Part shown: piece after piece, positions 56,931 to 64,000 of the stretch
Position numbering within the stretch: position 1 is the stretch's first letter
How the letters are laid out: the number at the start of each line of letters is the position of its first letter
NCBI GenBank assembly: GCA_024405855.1
Contig: JAKSNZ010000004.1
Location: 15,650 to 79,649 of the forward strand
Direction of reading: 5' to 3'
DNA length: 64,000 nt
Source: Paludibacteraceae bacterium
GTDB taxonomy: Bacteria > Bacteroidota > Bacteroidia > Bacteroidales > Paludibacteraceae
Program-made: the position numbers and the translations under genes
Notes under the pieces: model-generated
What the model saw: only the letters and a program-made list of their open reading frames with translations
Database searches by the model: none
Told to the model about the DNA's origin: nothing

Positions 56931-58574
56931 TTATTTGTATAAAAATCTTTTAATACTGCGTTTTGGAGTCTTTTCAAACTCTTTGTCAACCTTTTCAATT
57001 GAAGTCAGACGGCAGAAAGCAGGTATCATGCGGTTTACCTGCAATTTAATGTTTTCAAGAATCTCCTCTATTGACTTGTTTGCAAGTTCATCTTTAAGTG
57101 CCGCAAGGTCAGGGAAAACCAGAGCGGTAAGTTTGCCTCCTCGGTCAACCACAATGCTTTCACTAACGCCTGGAATGTTATTTAACTTGCCTTCAATCTC
57201 TTCAGGGTAAATGTTTTGCCCCGATGCTCCCACAATAACACTCTTGTTTCTTCCTCTGATGAATATGTTTCCTTCTTTGTCTATTATGCCAAGGTCTCCT
57301 GTGCGTAGCCAACCCTCCTTGTTAAAGGCGGCCTTGGTGGCATCGGGGTTCTTGTAATATTCAGTCATAAGATTATCTCCTTTGACAAGGATTTCTCCTA
57401 CAATCTTATGTGGGTCTGCACTGTCAATTGAAACCTCCATGCGGTCAACAGCCTTTCCGCAGGAACGCTCCACAAATTTGTCCCAAGCCTCATAGCCTAA
57501 AATAGGTCCGCACTCTGTCATACCGTAACCTACTGTGTAGGGGAACTTTATTTGCTTAAGGCATTTCTCAACGTCATGGTTAAGGGCTGCACCGCCAATA
57601 ATAAGGTGCTTAAGGTTGCCTCCAAATGCTTTCATTACGGCATCGTGGACACTTTTGCGTAACTTGCCCCCAATGCCGGGCAGATACCAAAGTTCACGTA
57701 CAAACGGTTTCTTGATTTTTGGGAATACTGACTTTTGGAAAATCTTTTCAACTACAAGTGGCACTGTAAGTACCATATACGGATGAACGTCAGAAAATGC
57801 TTTCATAAGCACTTGTGGTGAAGGTGCCTTGCCTAAGAAATATACATGGCAACCTCCTGCAAGTTGGTACAGACACTCAAACGCAAGTCCAAACATGTGG
57901 GCAAGCGGAAGCATTGACACCATGCTCCAACCAGGGTGGTTTGATATGCCGTCCTCTCCAAACTGAATGTTTGAAGATATTGCCTTGTATGAAAGCACAA
58001 CGCCTTTTGGGTCACTTGTGGTACCTGAGGTGTAGTTTATAAGTGCCGGTTTATCCCAGTTGTCTGTAGGGTAGTTTACATCAACAGGTCCGAATCCGTC
58101 CTTATATTTTGCCATAAATACTGCCTCAAGGTTTTGTGCAGCGTCAGATAACTCTTTTGTTCCACCGGCAAGCACCTCAAATGTCTGCATACAGATTATT
58201 GCATTCAGATTAGGCATTTGTGCCGCATCAAGTGTTTTCCAAACTTGGTCTCCTACAAGAAAAAGTTTGGCATCGGAGTGGTTAACAAGAGAATGGACAC
58301 TCTCTGGAGAGAACTCCGCAAGAATAGAGACGGCTACCGCCTCGTATGTGGTTACTGCCATAAAACTAACTGCCCAATTAGCGGAGTTTCTGCCACACAA
58401 CGCCACTTTGTCGCCCTTCTTAATCCCAGCCTCCTCAAACAAAATATGCAGTTCTGCCACTTTTTCTGCCATCTGACCATATGTAAGGGTATAACCGGTA
58501 ATATAGTCAGAGAGTGCAGGTTCATCCCAGTAGTTCTTAATGGTGTTTTGAATAAAGGTTAGATAGTGATTCAT
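56931..58574 (-). CDS. AMP-dependent acyl-CoA synthetase (long-chain fatty acid--CoA ligase-like)
   Basis: [15 protein letters not shown]-binding motif and GYGMTE. The start is taken at MNHYLTF (ATG at 58574), with a TAAATTTG -7 box at 58604-58611 (minus strand). Confidence 0.85.
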   Translation of the reverse strand: MNHYLTFIQNTIKNYWDEPALSDYITGYTLTYGQMAEKVAELHILFEEAGIKKGDKVALCGRNSANWAVSFMAVTTYEAVAVSILAEFSPESVHSLVNHSDAKLFLVGDQVWKTLDAAQMPNLNAIICMQTFEVLAGGTKELSDAAQNLEAVFMAKYKDGFGPVDVNYPTDNWDKPALINYTSGTTSDPKGVVLSYKAISSNIQFGEDGISNHPGWSMVSMLPLAHMFGLAFECLYQLAGGCHVYFLGKAPSPQVLMKAFSDVHPYMVLTVPLVVEKIFQKSVFPKIKKPFVRELWYLPGIGGKLRKSVHDAVMKAFGGNLKHLIIGGAALNHDVEKCLKQIKFPYTVGYGMTECGPILGYEAWDKFVERSCGKAVDRMEVSIDSADPHKIVGEILVKGDNLMTEYYKNPDATKAAFNKEGWLRTGDLGIIDKEGNIFIRGRNKSVIVGASGQNIYPEEIEGKLNNIPGVSESIVVDRGGKLTALVFPDLAALKDELANKSIEEILENIKLQVNRMIPAFCRLTSIEKVDKEFEKTPKRSIKRFLYK

Positions 58575-58616
58575 ACGTGATAAATATAACACAATTATCA
58601 ACGCAAATTTAATAAA

Positions 58617-58668
58617 ATTATTTGAAAAGTTAAATATTTGTATCTAAAAATTTAACTTTTCAAATAAT
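58617..58668. promoter_or_regulatory. Perfect 19-bp AT-rich inverted repeat just upstream of the acyl-CoA synthetase -7 box
   Basis: ATTATTTGAAAAGTTAAAT (58617-58635), a 14-nt spacer, then ATTTAACTTTTCAAATAAT (58650-58668). The arms are exact reverse complements. Confidence 0.6.
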
Positions 58669-58681
58669 AGGGTCAAGGATA

Positions 58682-58709
58682 CTTGTCCCTTGTTCCTTGT
58701 CCCCTGTCC
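58682..58709. repeat. 4 tandem heptamers CTTGTCC CTTGTTC CTTGTCC CCTGTCC
   Basis: Read directly, between the tsf terminator and the 19-bp palindrome. Confidence 0.75.
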
Positions 58710-58713
58710 CTCA

Positions 58714-58762
58714 AAAATAGAAAAGGAGGGTAATATTTTTACTACCCTCCCTGTTCTATTTT
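58714..58762 (-). terminator. Intrinsic terminator after tsf
   Basis: The minus strand reads AAAATAGAA-cagGGAGGGTA-gtaaaaatat-TACCCTCC-TTTTCTATTTT. Confidence 0.75.
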
Positions 58763-58770
58763 TGATTTAT

Positions 58771-59595
58771 TTACTCTTGATTTAATGTAAAGCGCTTGAA
58801 TGCTGTAGCGGTAAGGCTCTTAGATGCAGCCTGAAGGTATTGGGTAACGCTCATTTTTGCATCCTTTATGAAAGCCTGCTCAAGCAGTGTGCTCTCTTGG
58901 AAGAACTTGTTAAGACGTCCTTGAGCAATTCTGTCAAGAATAGCCTCTGGTTTGCCTTCTTCACGTGCCTTCTCCTTGCCAATCTCAAGTTCCTTGTCAA
59001 CAATGTCTTTTGGAACATCATTGCGGCTTACTGAGATAGGGCTCATAGCGGCAACCTGCATTGCTACGTCACGTAGTACCTGACGGTCAGCACCCTCATT
59101 GAATGCAACAAGTGAAGCAAGTTTGTTACCGTTGTGAATGTAGGAAACTGTTGCAGGAGCCTTTACAAACTCGTATGCACCAAGTTCCATTTTTTCACCT
59201 GTAACACCGCTCTGTGCTGTAATAAGCTCAGCAACTGTACGGTCACCTATCTTAACATTTTTAAGTTCGTCAAGGCTTGCAGGCATTTTTTCCATAGCGG
59301 CATCCAACACTTTTTGTGTAAGTGCTATGAAATCTGCATTTTTTGCAACAAAGTCTGTCTCACACTTGATGCCTACAAGAGCGGCAAATCCGTCTTTGTC
59401 AGCGGCAAGTACGCAACCTTCAGAAGCATCTCTGTCTGAACGCTTTGCGGCAATAGCCTGACCTCTTTTCCTAATAAGTTCAATTGCTTTTTCAAAATCG
59501 CACTCAGCCTCTGCCAATGCGTTTTTGCAATCCATCATGCCGGCTCCGGTCATTTTACGAAGCTTGGCAATATCTGCTACTGTTACATTTGCCAT
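58771..59595 (-). CDS. tsf: Translation elongation factor Ts
   Basis: MANVTVADIAKLRKMTGAGMMDCKNALAEAE (UBA-like N-terminus). The start is set at the ATG at 59595, 4 nt after the rpsB stop. Confidence 0.95.
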   Translation of the reverse strand: MANVTVADIAKLRKMTGAGMMDCKNALAEAECDFEKAIELIRKRGQAIAAKRSDRDASEGCVLAADKDGFAALVGIKCETDFVAKNADFIALTQKVLDAAMEKMPASLDELKNVKIGDRTVAELITAQSGVTGEKMELGAYEFVKAPATVSYIHNGNKLASLVAFNEGADRQVLRDVAMQVAAMSPISVSRNDVPKDIVDKELEIGKEKAREEGKPEAILDRIAQGRLNKFFQESTLLEQAFIKDAKMSVTQYLQAASKSLTATAFKRFTLNQE

Positions 59596-59599
59596 AGTA

Positions 59600-60460
59600 T
59601 TATTCCTCCTCTTTCTCTGATTCTGATTTATACTTGTCAGCAAGGGCGTTGTTAAGAGCACCCTCATTGCCTCTCTTTATACGCTGACGAGCAGGTTTTC
59701 CAGCACCGCCTTTTTTCTCAGCCTTTGGAGCCTCAGAAGCCTCTTGCTCTGCCGCTTCAGCCTCTTTCTCTACCTTACGCTGTTGAAGTCCCTCTTGAAC
59801 GGCAGCACAAACTGCACTAAGAATAATGTCAACTGATTTTGAAGCATCGTCGTTTGCAGGGATAACAAAATCAATATCGTTAGGATTAGCGTTTGTATCA
59901 ACTATACCAAATACAGGTATACCAAGGCGTTTTGCCTCTTTAACTGCTATATGCTCCTTAACAATGTCAACTACAAATAGTGCGGCTGGCAGACGTGTAA
60001 GGTCAGCAATTGAGCCAAGGTTCTTCTCAAGTTTCTCTCTCTGACGTGCAATCTGAAGTTTCTCACGCTTTGAAAGGTTGTCAAATGTACCGTCTGATGA
60101 CATTCTGTCAATGTTAGCCATTTTTTTAACGGCTTTGCGAATGGTTGTAAAGTTAGTAAGCATACCACCAGCCCAACGTTCAGTAATGTAAGGCATATTG
60201 ACAACTGTAGCCTTTTCTGCTATAACATCTTTGGCTTGCTTCTTTGTACCTACAAAAAGAATCTTCTTGCCTTGTCTTGCAAGGTTCTCAAGTACGTCAG
60301 CAGCCTCGTCAATCTTTACTACTGTCTTGTTAAGGTCAATGATGTGAATACCGTTCTGCTCCATAAATATATAAGGAGCCATTGCAGGGTTCCACTTGCG
60401 TTTCAGGTGTCCAAAGTGACATCCGGCGTCAAGCAAATCTTGGAAATTTGTTCTTGCCAT
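59600..60460 (-). CDS. rpsB: 30S ribosomal protein S2 (with an acidic/basic C-terminal extension)
   Basis: LLDAGCHFGHLKRKWNP and WAGGMLTNF motifs. Confidence 0.95.
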   Translation of the reverse strand: MARTNFQDLLDAGCHFGHLKRKWNPAMAPYIFMEQNGIHIIDLNKTVVKIDEAADVLENLARQGKKILFVGTKKQAKDVIAEKATVVNMPYITERWAGGMLTNFTTIRKAVKKMANIDRMSSDGTFDNLSKREKLQIARQREKLEKNLGSIADLTRLPAALFVVDIVKEHIAVKEAKRLGIPVFGIVDTNANPNDIDFVIPANDDASKSVDIILSAVCAAVQEGLQQRKVEKEAEAAEQEASEAPKAEKKGGAGKPARQRIKRGNEGALNNALADKYKSESEKEEE

Positions 60461-60640
60461 AATTTTAAGAATTTAAGTTGTTGTTATCTGTTAAATATTT
60501 TTTCTTGGATAATATCAATCTATAGGTAGTTGCCAAATGCAAATCTTATAGATTTAGATACAAACACCCTCTAAGTTAGAGCGTTAGCCTTGTGTGTGGC
60601 GTTGCTTCAGGTTAAGAGGAGAATTTCAAAGAGCATTATC

Positions 60641-60671
60641 AAAACCACCCCGATACAAACGGCATCGGGGT
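60641..60671 (-). terminator. Intrinsic terminator after rpsI
   Basis: The minus strand reads CCCCGAT-gccgtttgt-ATCGGGG followed by TGGTTTTGAT. Confidence 0.65.
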
Positions 60672-60691
60672 AGTGTGATATATTGCAAACA

Positions 60692-61087
60692 TTAACGCTT
60701 GCTGAACTGGAAGCGCTTACGTGCCTTTGGCCTACCTGGCTTCTTACGCTCAACCTCACGTGGGTCACGAGTCATAAAGCCTTCAGCCTTAAGAGCAGGT
60801 TTGTTTTCAGGGTCAATCTTAACAAGAGCACGTGCAATAGCAAGTCTCAAAGCCTCAGCCTGACCTTTGCTACCACCGCCCTGCAAGTTAACCTTTATAT
60901 CAAATTTGCCTTCTACGCCCAATTTTGCAAGAGGTTGCTTAACTACATACTGAAGCATACCTGATGGGAAATATACGGCAAGTTCTCTGTCATTAATGGT
61001 AATGTTTCCTTTGCCCTCTTTCACATATACACGTGCAATAGCGGCTTTTCTTCTACCTAATGCGTTTGTTATATTGGCTTGTTCCAT
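60692..61087 (-). CDS. rpsI: 30S ribosomal protein S9
   Basis: GRRKAAIARV start region and C-terminal KKPGRPKARKRFQFSKR. Confidence 0.95.
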   Translation of the reverse strand: MEQANITNALGRRKAAIARVYVKEGKGNITINDRELAVYFPSGMLQYVVKQPLAKLGVEGKFDIKVNLQGGGSKGQAEALRLAIARALVKIDPENKPALKAEGFMTRDPREVERKKPGRPKARKRFQFSKR

Positions 61088-61095
61088 ATTATTTC

Positions 61096-61551
61096 TTAAT
61101 TAAGAGCGTTAATATCAATTGTTTTAGGGTTCTGAGCCTGATGAGGATGTTCCGGTCCATCATATACATAGATGTTCTTCAAAATCTTGTCACCAAGTTT
61201 GGTCTTAGGGAGCATTCCCTTGAGAACCTTCTCAAAGTAATATCTTGAGCCCTTTGCCTGAAGTTTCTTTGGATTCCATTCACGCTGACCGCCAGGATAA
61301 CCTGTAAATGTCAGGGTAATGTGGTCTGTCCACTTTTTGCCGGTAAGTTTTACCTTATCAGCATTGATAATAATAACATTGTCACCACAATCTACATGAG
61401 GGGTGAAGTTTGGTTTGTACTTACCTCTTGCAATTTTGGCAACCTTTGAGCAAAAACGACCCATTATTTGGTCTGTTGCATCCACTACAACCCATTCTTT
61501 ATTAACTGTAGCGGCGTTTGCTGAAACTGTTTTAAAACTTAAAGTATCCAC
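61096..61551 (-). CDS. rplM: 50S ribosomal protein L13
   Basis: NKEWVVVDATDQIMGRFCSKVAKIARGKYKPNFTPHVDCGDNVIIINA. The probable GTG start at 61551 (VDTLSFK) aligns with the usual MDTLSYK N-terminus. The ORF-track ATG at 61611 adds 20 unlikely residues. Confidence 0.9.
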   Translation of the reverse strand: MDTLSFKTVSANAATVNKEWVVVDATDQIMGRFCSKVAKIARGKYKPNFTPHVDCGDNVIIINADKVKLTGKKWTDHITLTFTGYPGGQREWNPKKLQAKGSRYYFEKVLKGMLPKTKLGDKILKNIYVYDGPEHPHQAQNPKTIDINALN

Positions 61552-61677
61552 TTTATTAAAAATTTTTTCCGTTAATAACTGGTGGCAATAGCGGGCATAA
61601 ATCGGAATCATCTTAGGCTAAAAGATGTTTATACCTGATTATCAACCACTTGAGTTTTTGGATAAATAATCGGACTG

Positions 61678-61685
61678 CAAATGTA
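61678..61685 (-). promoter_or_regulatory. -7 box TACATTTG (minus strand), rplM-rpsI promoter
   Basis: The plus strand reads CAAATGTA, 127 nt upstream of the rplM start. Confidence 0.45.
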
Positions 61686-61744
61686 CAACAAATCCGATAC
61701 AAAACCAAAAAAATGTGAGGTATTTTTTTGTAATTATTTTTTGC

Positions 61745-61780
61745 AAAAAAACTCCCGTCTCACAAGAGTGGGGCGGGAGT
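61745..61780 (-). terminator. Intrinsic terminator
   Basis: The minus strand reads ACTCCCG-ccccactcttgtgaga-CGGGAGT followed by T8. It starts 40 nt downstream of the 33-aa sORF stop. Confidence 0.75.
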
Positions 61781-61819
61781 AATAGAGTAGTATGTAAATG
61801 AATTACACTGGAACAGAAC

Positions 61820-61921
61820 CTAAAAAATTGATGTATCACCTGGCTCTGGTATAGAAGCGTACATTACACATGATTCAATTTCTATCTTCTCTTCCTTTAA
61901 GATTGGCTTTTCGTATTTCAT
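61820..61921 (-). CDS. 33-aa small ORF MKYEKPILKEEKIEIESCVMYASIPEPGDTSIF with its own promoter and terminator
   Basis: Hand-translated from the minus strand (ATG at 61921, TAG at 61822-61820). A TACCTTTG -7 box lies 39 nt upstream and a strong terminator 40 nt downstream. It is below the ORF-track length cut-off. Confidence 0.4.
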   Translation of the reverse strand: MKYEKPILKEEKIEIESCVMYASIPEPGDTSIF

Positions 61922-61959
61922 TTTAACAAAAATCTATGTTTTTTACTATTTTGACTTTG

Positions 61960-61967
61960 CAAAGGTA
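61960..61967 (-). promoter_or_regulatory. -7 box TACCTTTG (minus strand)
   Basis: The plus strand reads CAAAGGTA, immediately after the stop of the T9SS cargo gene and upstream of the 33-aa sORF. Confidence 0.5.
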
Positions 61968-61972
61968 TAAAA

Positions 61973-64000
61973 TTATTTTGTAATTTCAACTTTTACACTG
62001 GTATTTTCTATATTAACCCAATATATTCCTTTTTCTGCAATGTGCATTCTTATTGTTTCTCCATTGCTTACATTTGTTATCAATGTACGCAACATATCAC
62101 CTACACTATATTGCTGACCCGCTTTCATATTTGAAATTACAAGAATGTTGCCATTTTCAACATAAATATTGAGATTGTCATTTACTGCTTCATCTGTTGT
62201 GATAACAGGAACATTCTCTTCATAGATTCTTATTGCATACGATGTGTTAGTACCTTTGGACAACGCTAATGCAAATTCATTATTATCACTGAAATTATGA
62301 ATAGGTGTTCCGTCTTTTGTCAGATAAATAACCGCTCCTTCAGGAATGTCATTTCCAATAGACAATTTATAATTTCCATTTGATGGTGCAAACAGATATA
62401 GCGGAACATCTGTAGTATGGTTATTCAATGCAGCCTCATATACACTTAAGTTCATATCAAATGCTTTTGTGTATATTTGTGAGTGTGCAGAAGAGACTTC
62501 AAATTTCATAAGGTCGTGACCTATTGTATATTGGTTTGCTCTATCATTGACAGTTCTAATAAATAGTTGGTCAGATGCCATAGATTCTCCTTGTTTGAAT
62601 ATTTGTACCTTGTAAGTATTCTGTTGCTTGATTTCAGCACTACGTAAAGTACCTTCATTCTTTCTGCTTAATGTTGCAATCGGAGACATACCTTCACCCT
62701 GTTGTATAAACATTGGAGAGGTAACCCCCAGTGTAGTCTCACTTAAATCTACTGTCAGGTATTTGTTCTCTCCGTTAATATAAACTTGAGCAAAAGAGGA
62801 TTCAGACTCCACACCTACATGATATAGCTGAGAGTTGCCTATGTTATTCCATCCTGCATTCTTTGCAGAAGATGACGGATATTCATATAAATCAAGAATG
62901 TTTGAAGGATTGACAAGACTACTGCCTTCTTTCTTATAGAACCGGAATGTATTTATTTTTGTAGTAGTTGCAAACATGTAGAATTTGCCTATTTCCAATG
63001 TGGCACCACCTATTGTCATCATAGTAAATCCTTTACCTGATGAAGCACGTTTAATTCCGTCAAATGAGGCAAATACATAATCTGTATAATATGTTAGTGT
63101 TTTCTCATTTCCATTTACAAGAGCGAATACCTCTAAAGAACTTACAGGGAATGGGAAAGATATGCCATACCACTTGTTTTCATTAGTCATTCCGCTTGGA
63201 TCCATTGTCTTGTCAATATACGCTCTTCCGATAATTGTCAATTTACCGCCGTTCTCTTCATATTGACCGCTTGCACCAATGCCTGCTGCAAGTCCAAAGT
63301 TTACGGCAGTAAGATTACCCGTAAGCTCAAGGTCTCCGTTCTCCTCAATGTGTATGTTCTTAATCTTATATCCGTTGCCGTTGAATTGAACCTTATCTGA
63401 AACATTAACTATAAGGTCTTGGTCTTCAGCATCTTTCAGTAAGACAAGCTCACCTTCTGAAGCGTCCTGTACAGCTTCGGCAATGGTCTCATATTTCTTG
63501 CCGTTAATCTCAACCACACCGCTGTTATCAGCATAGAAGGTGGTAATTGTAGTTTCGCCTAAAATTTCAAACGATGTCAACTCTGCAGATGTGTAAGTGG
63601 TGGTTTTCCCATCACACTCAACTGTAATGTAGTCAAATATAGGCTCGCCTATACAATCCTGTTTAAGTGAGGATTTGAAGTTTATTTTTGCACCTGACTT
63701 ATATGTGTTGTCATCATATTTTGTACCTGATACAAAATCTATTGTATGTGTCTGGCAATCAATATATTCACCATCATATTTTACTGTAACCTGACAATGC
63801 AGATTGGCAGTAAGAACAGTAGCACCTTGTAATGCAGTACCATACATTGAATAGATGGTAACTGTATAATCACCTGAATATTTCAAATTGTCAAGAACTT
63901 GCTCAGTTGCAAGTGGATTATCAATAACAATGTTACCTTGATCATCAGTACCCTCTTTTGTCCATGCTAACATATAGCCTGTAGCCCCGTCAACCGTATC
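61973..64000 (-). CDS. 3' part of a large T9SS-secreted surface protein (5' end lies outside the window)
   Basis: The frame stays open through nt 64000 upstream of the ATG at 63973 (DTVDGATGY-MLAWT). The composition is beta-rich. The C-terminus GETIRMHIAEKGIYWVNIENTSVKVEITK is T9SS CTD-like. Confidence 0.7.
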   Translation of the reverse strand, partial: DTVDGATGYMLAWTKEGTDDQGNIVIDNPLATEQVLDNLKYSGDYTVTIYSMYGTALQGATVLTANLHCQVTVKYDGEYIDCQTHTIDFVSGTKYDDNTYKSGAKINFKSSLKQDCIGEPIFDYITVECDGKTTTYTSAELTSFEILGETTITTFYADNSGVVEINGKKYETIAEAVQDASEGELVLLKDAEDQDLIVNVSDKVQFNGNGYKIKNIHIEENGDLELTGNLTAVNFGLAAGIGASGQYEENGGKLTIIGRAYIDKTMDPSGMTNENKWYGISFPFPVSSLEVFALVNGNEKTLTYYTDYVFASFDGIKRASSGKGFTMMTIGGATLEIGKFYMFATTTKINTFRFYKKEGSSLVNPSNILDLYEYPSSSAKNAGWNNIGNSQLYHVGVESESSFAQVYINGENKYLTVDLSETTLGVTSPMFIQQGEGMSPIATLSRKNEGTLRSAEIKQQNTYKVQIFKQGESMASDQLFIRTVNDRANQYTIGHDLMKFEVSSAHSQIYTKAFDMNLSVYEAALNNHTTDVPLYLFAPSNGNYKLSIGNDIPEGAVIYLTKDGTPIHNFSDNNEFALALSKGTNTSYAIRIYEENVPVITTDEAVNDNLNIYVENGNILVISNMKAGQQYSVGDMLRTLITNVSNGETIRMHIAEKGIYWVNIENTSVKVEITK

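Noticed and set aside
60461-60640. 180-nt rpsB leader region examined for a ribosomal-protein leader structure or sRNA.
   Set aside because: Only the rpsI terminator (60641-60671) is convincing. I could not identify a conserved fold by eye. This needs Rfam or covariation analysis before any claim.
61642-61839. 65-aa minus-strand ORF between rplM and the sORF unit.
   Set aside because: It spans the strong terminator (61745-61780) and the rplM promoter box, so it cannot be a single translated unit.

Overview
This is a 64-kb chromosomal window that looks like a Bacteroidales (Prevotella-like) genome. The taxon is an inference from T9SS C-terminal sorting domains at both window ends, a PorX-type REC+PglZ regulator, the Bacteroides-type N-succinylornithine carbamoyltransferase ArgF', and many TAnnTTTG -7 promoter boxes. 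All calls come from reading the ORF track and the DNA by eye; no searches were run, and family names rest on motifs recalled from memory.

Most of the window is housekeeping:
- greA, a HIT protein, argF', miaB, an OmpA-like protein.
- An LPS-core/lipid export cluster: msbA-like ABC exporter, GT2-like, GT9, GT4 and an O-antigen-ligase-like gene.
- gyrB, a polyprenyl synthase, ddl, ldcA, porX, gtrA, recQ.
- clpX-clpP, tig, tRNA-Leu(UAG), pckA, metK, rpiB, an RSH (p)ppGpp enzyme.
- glyQS, parC, an MTHFS gene, tsaE, class I fumarase, an acyl-CoA synthetase.
- tsf-rpsB and rpsI-rplM.

Non-ordinary content:
1. 48.1-54.5 kb holds a Fic-domain gene remnant. It also holds a co-oriented pair: a Bro-N/DinD-like gene and a 1615-aa single polypeptide that fuses a DEDD-exonuclease-like domain, a full RecQ SF2 core, a full UvrD SF1 core and two unassignable regions. 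This pair is the best candidate for an undescribed defence or repair module.
2. 3.5-4.8 kb is an AT-rich ~1.2-kb insert bounded by ~49-nt direct repeats. It carries a lone retropepsin-like aspartic protease and two promoter-equipped small ORFs.
3. A 21-nt hairpin element (5-bp stem around an invariant GAGCGAAGCGA loop) is present three times, and its stem covaries between copies. Two copies run into the 3' ends of ORFs.
4. Tandem arrays with 7-nt or 8-nt periodicity sit at many gene boundaries. One is in frame inside ldcA, and two supply identical VNS-stop C-termini to unrelated proteins.
5. A 143-nt compound palindrome with perfect 18-bp terminal inverted repeats lies between the fumarase gene and tsaE.
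6. Unusual gene architectures: a CPBP protease fused in frame to Ddl, a tandem REC-like + PPDK_N ATP-grasp protein, and a Cys-rich protein with a sorting-signal-like tail.
7. A complete promoter-sORF-terminator unit encodes a 33-aa peptide.

No CRISPR array, rRNA, integrase or transposase was seen.
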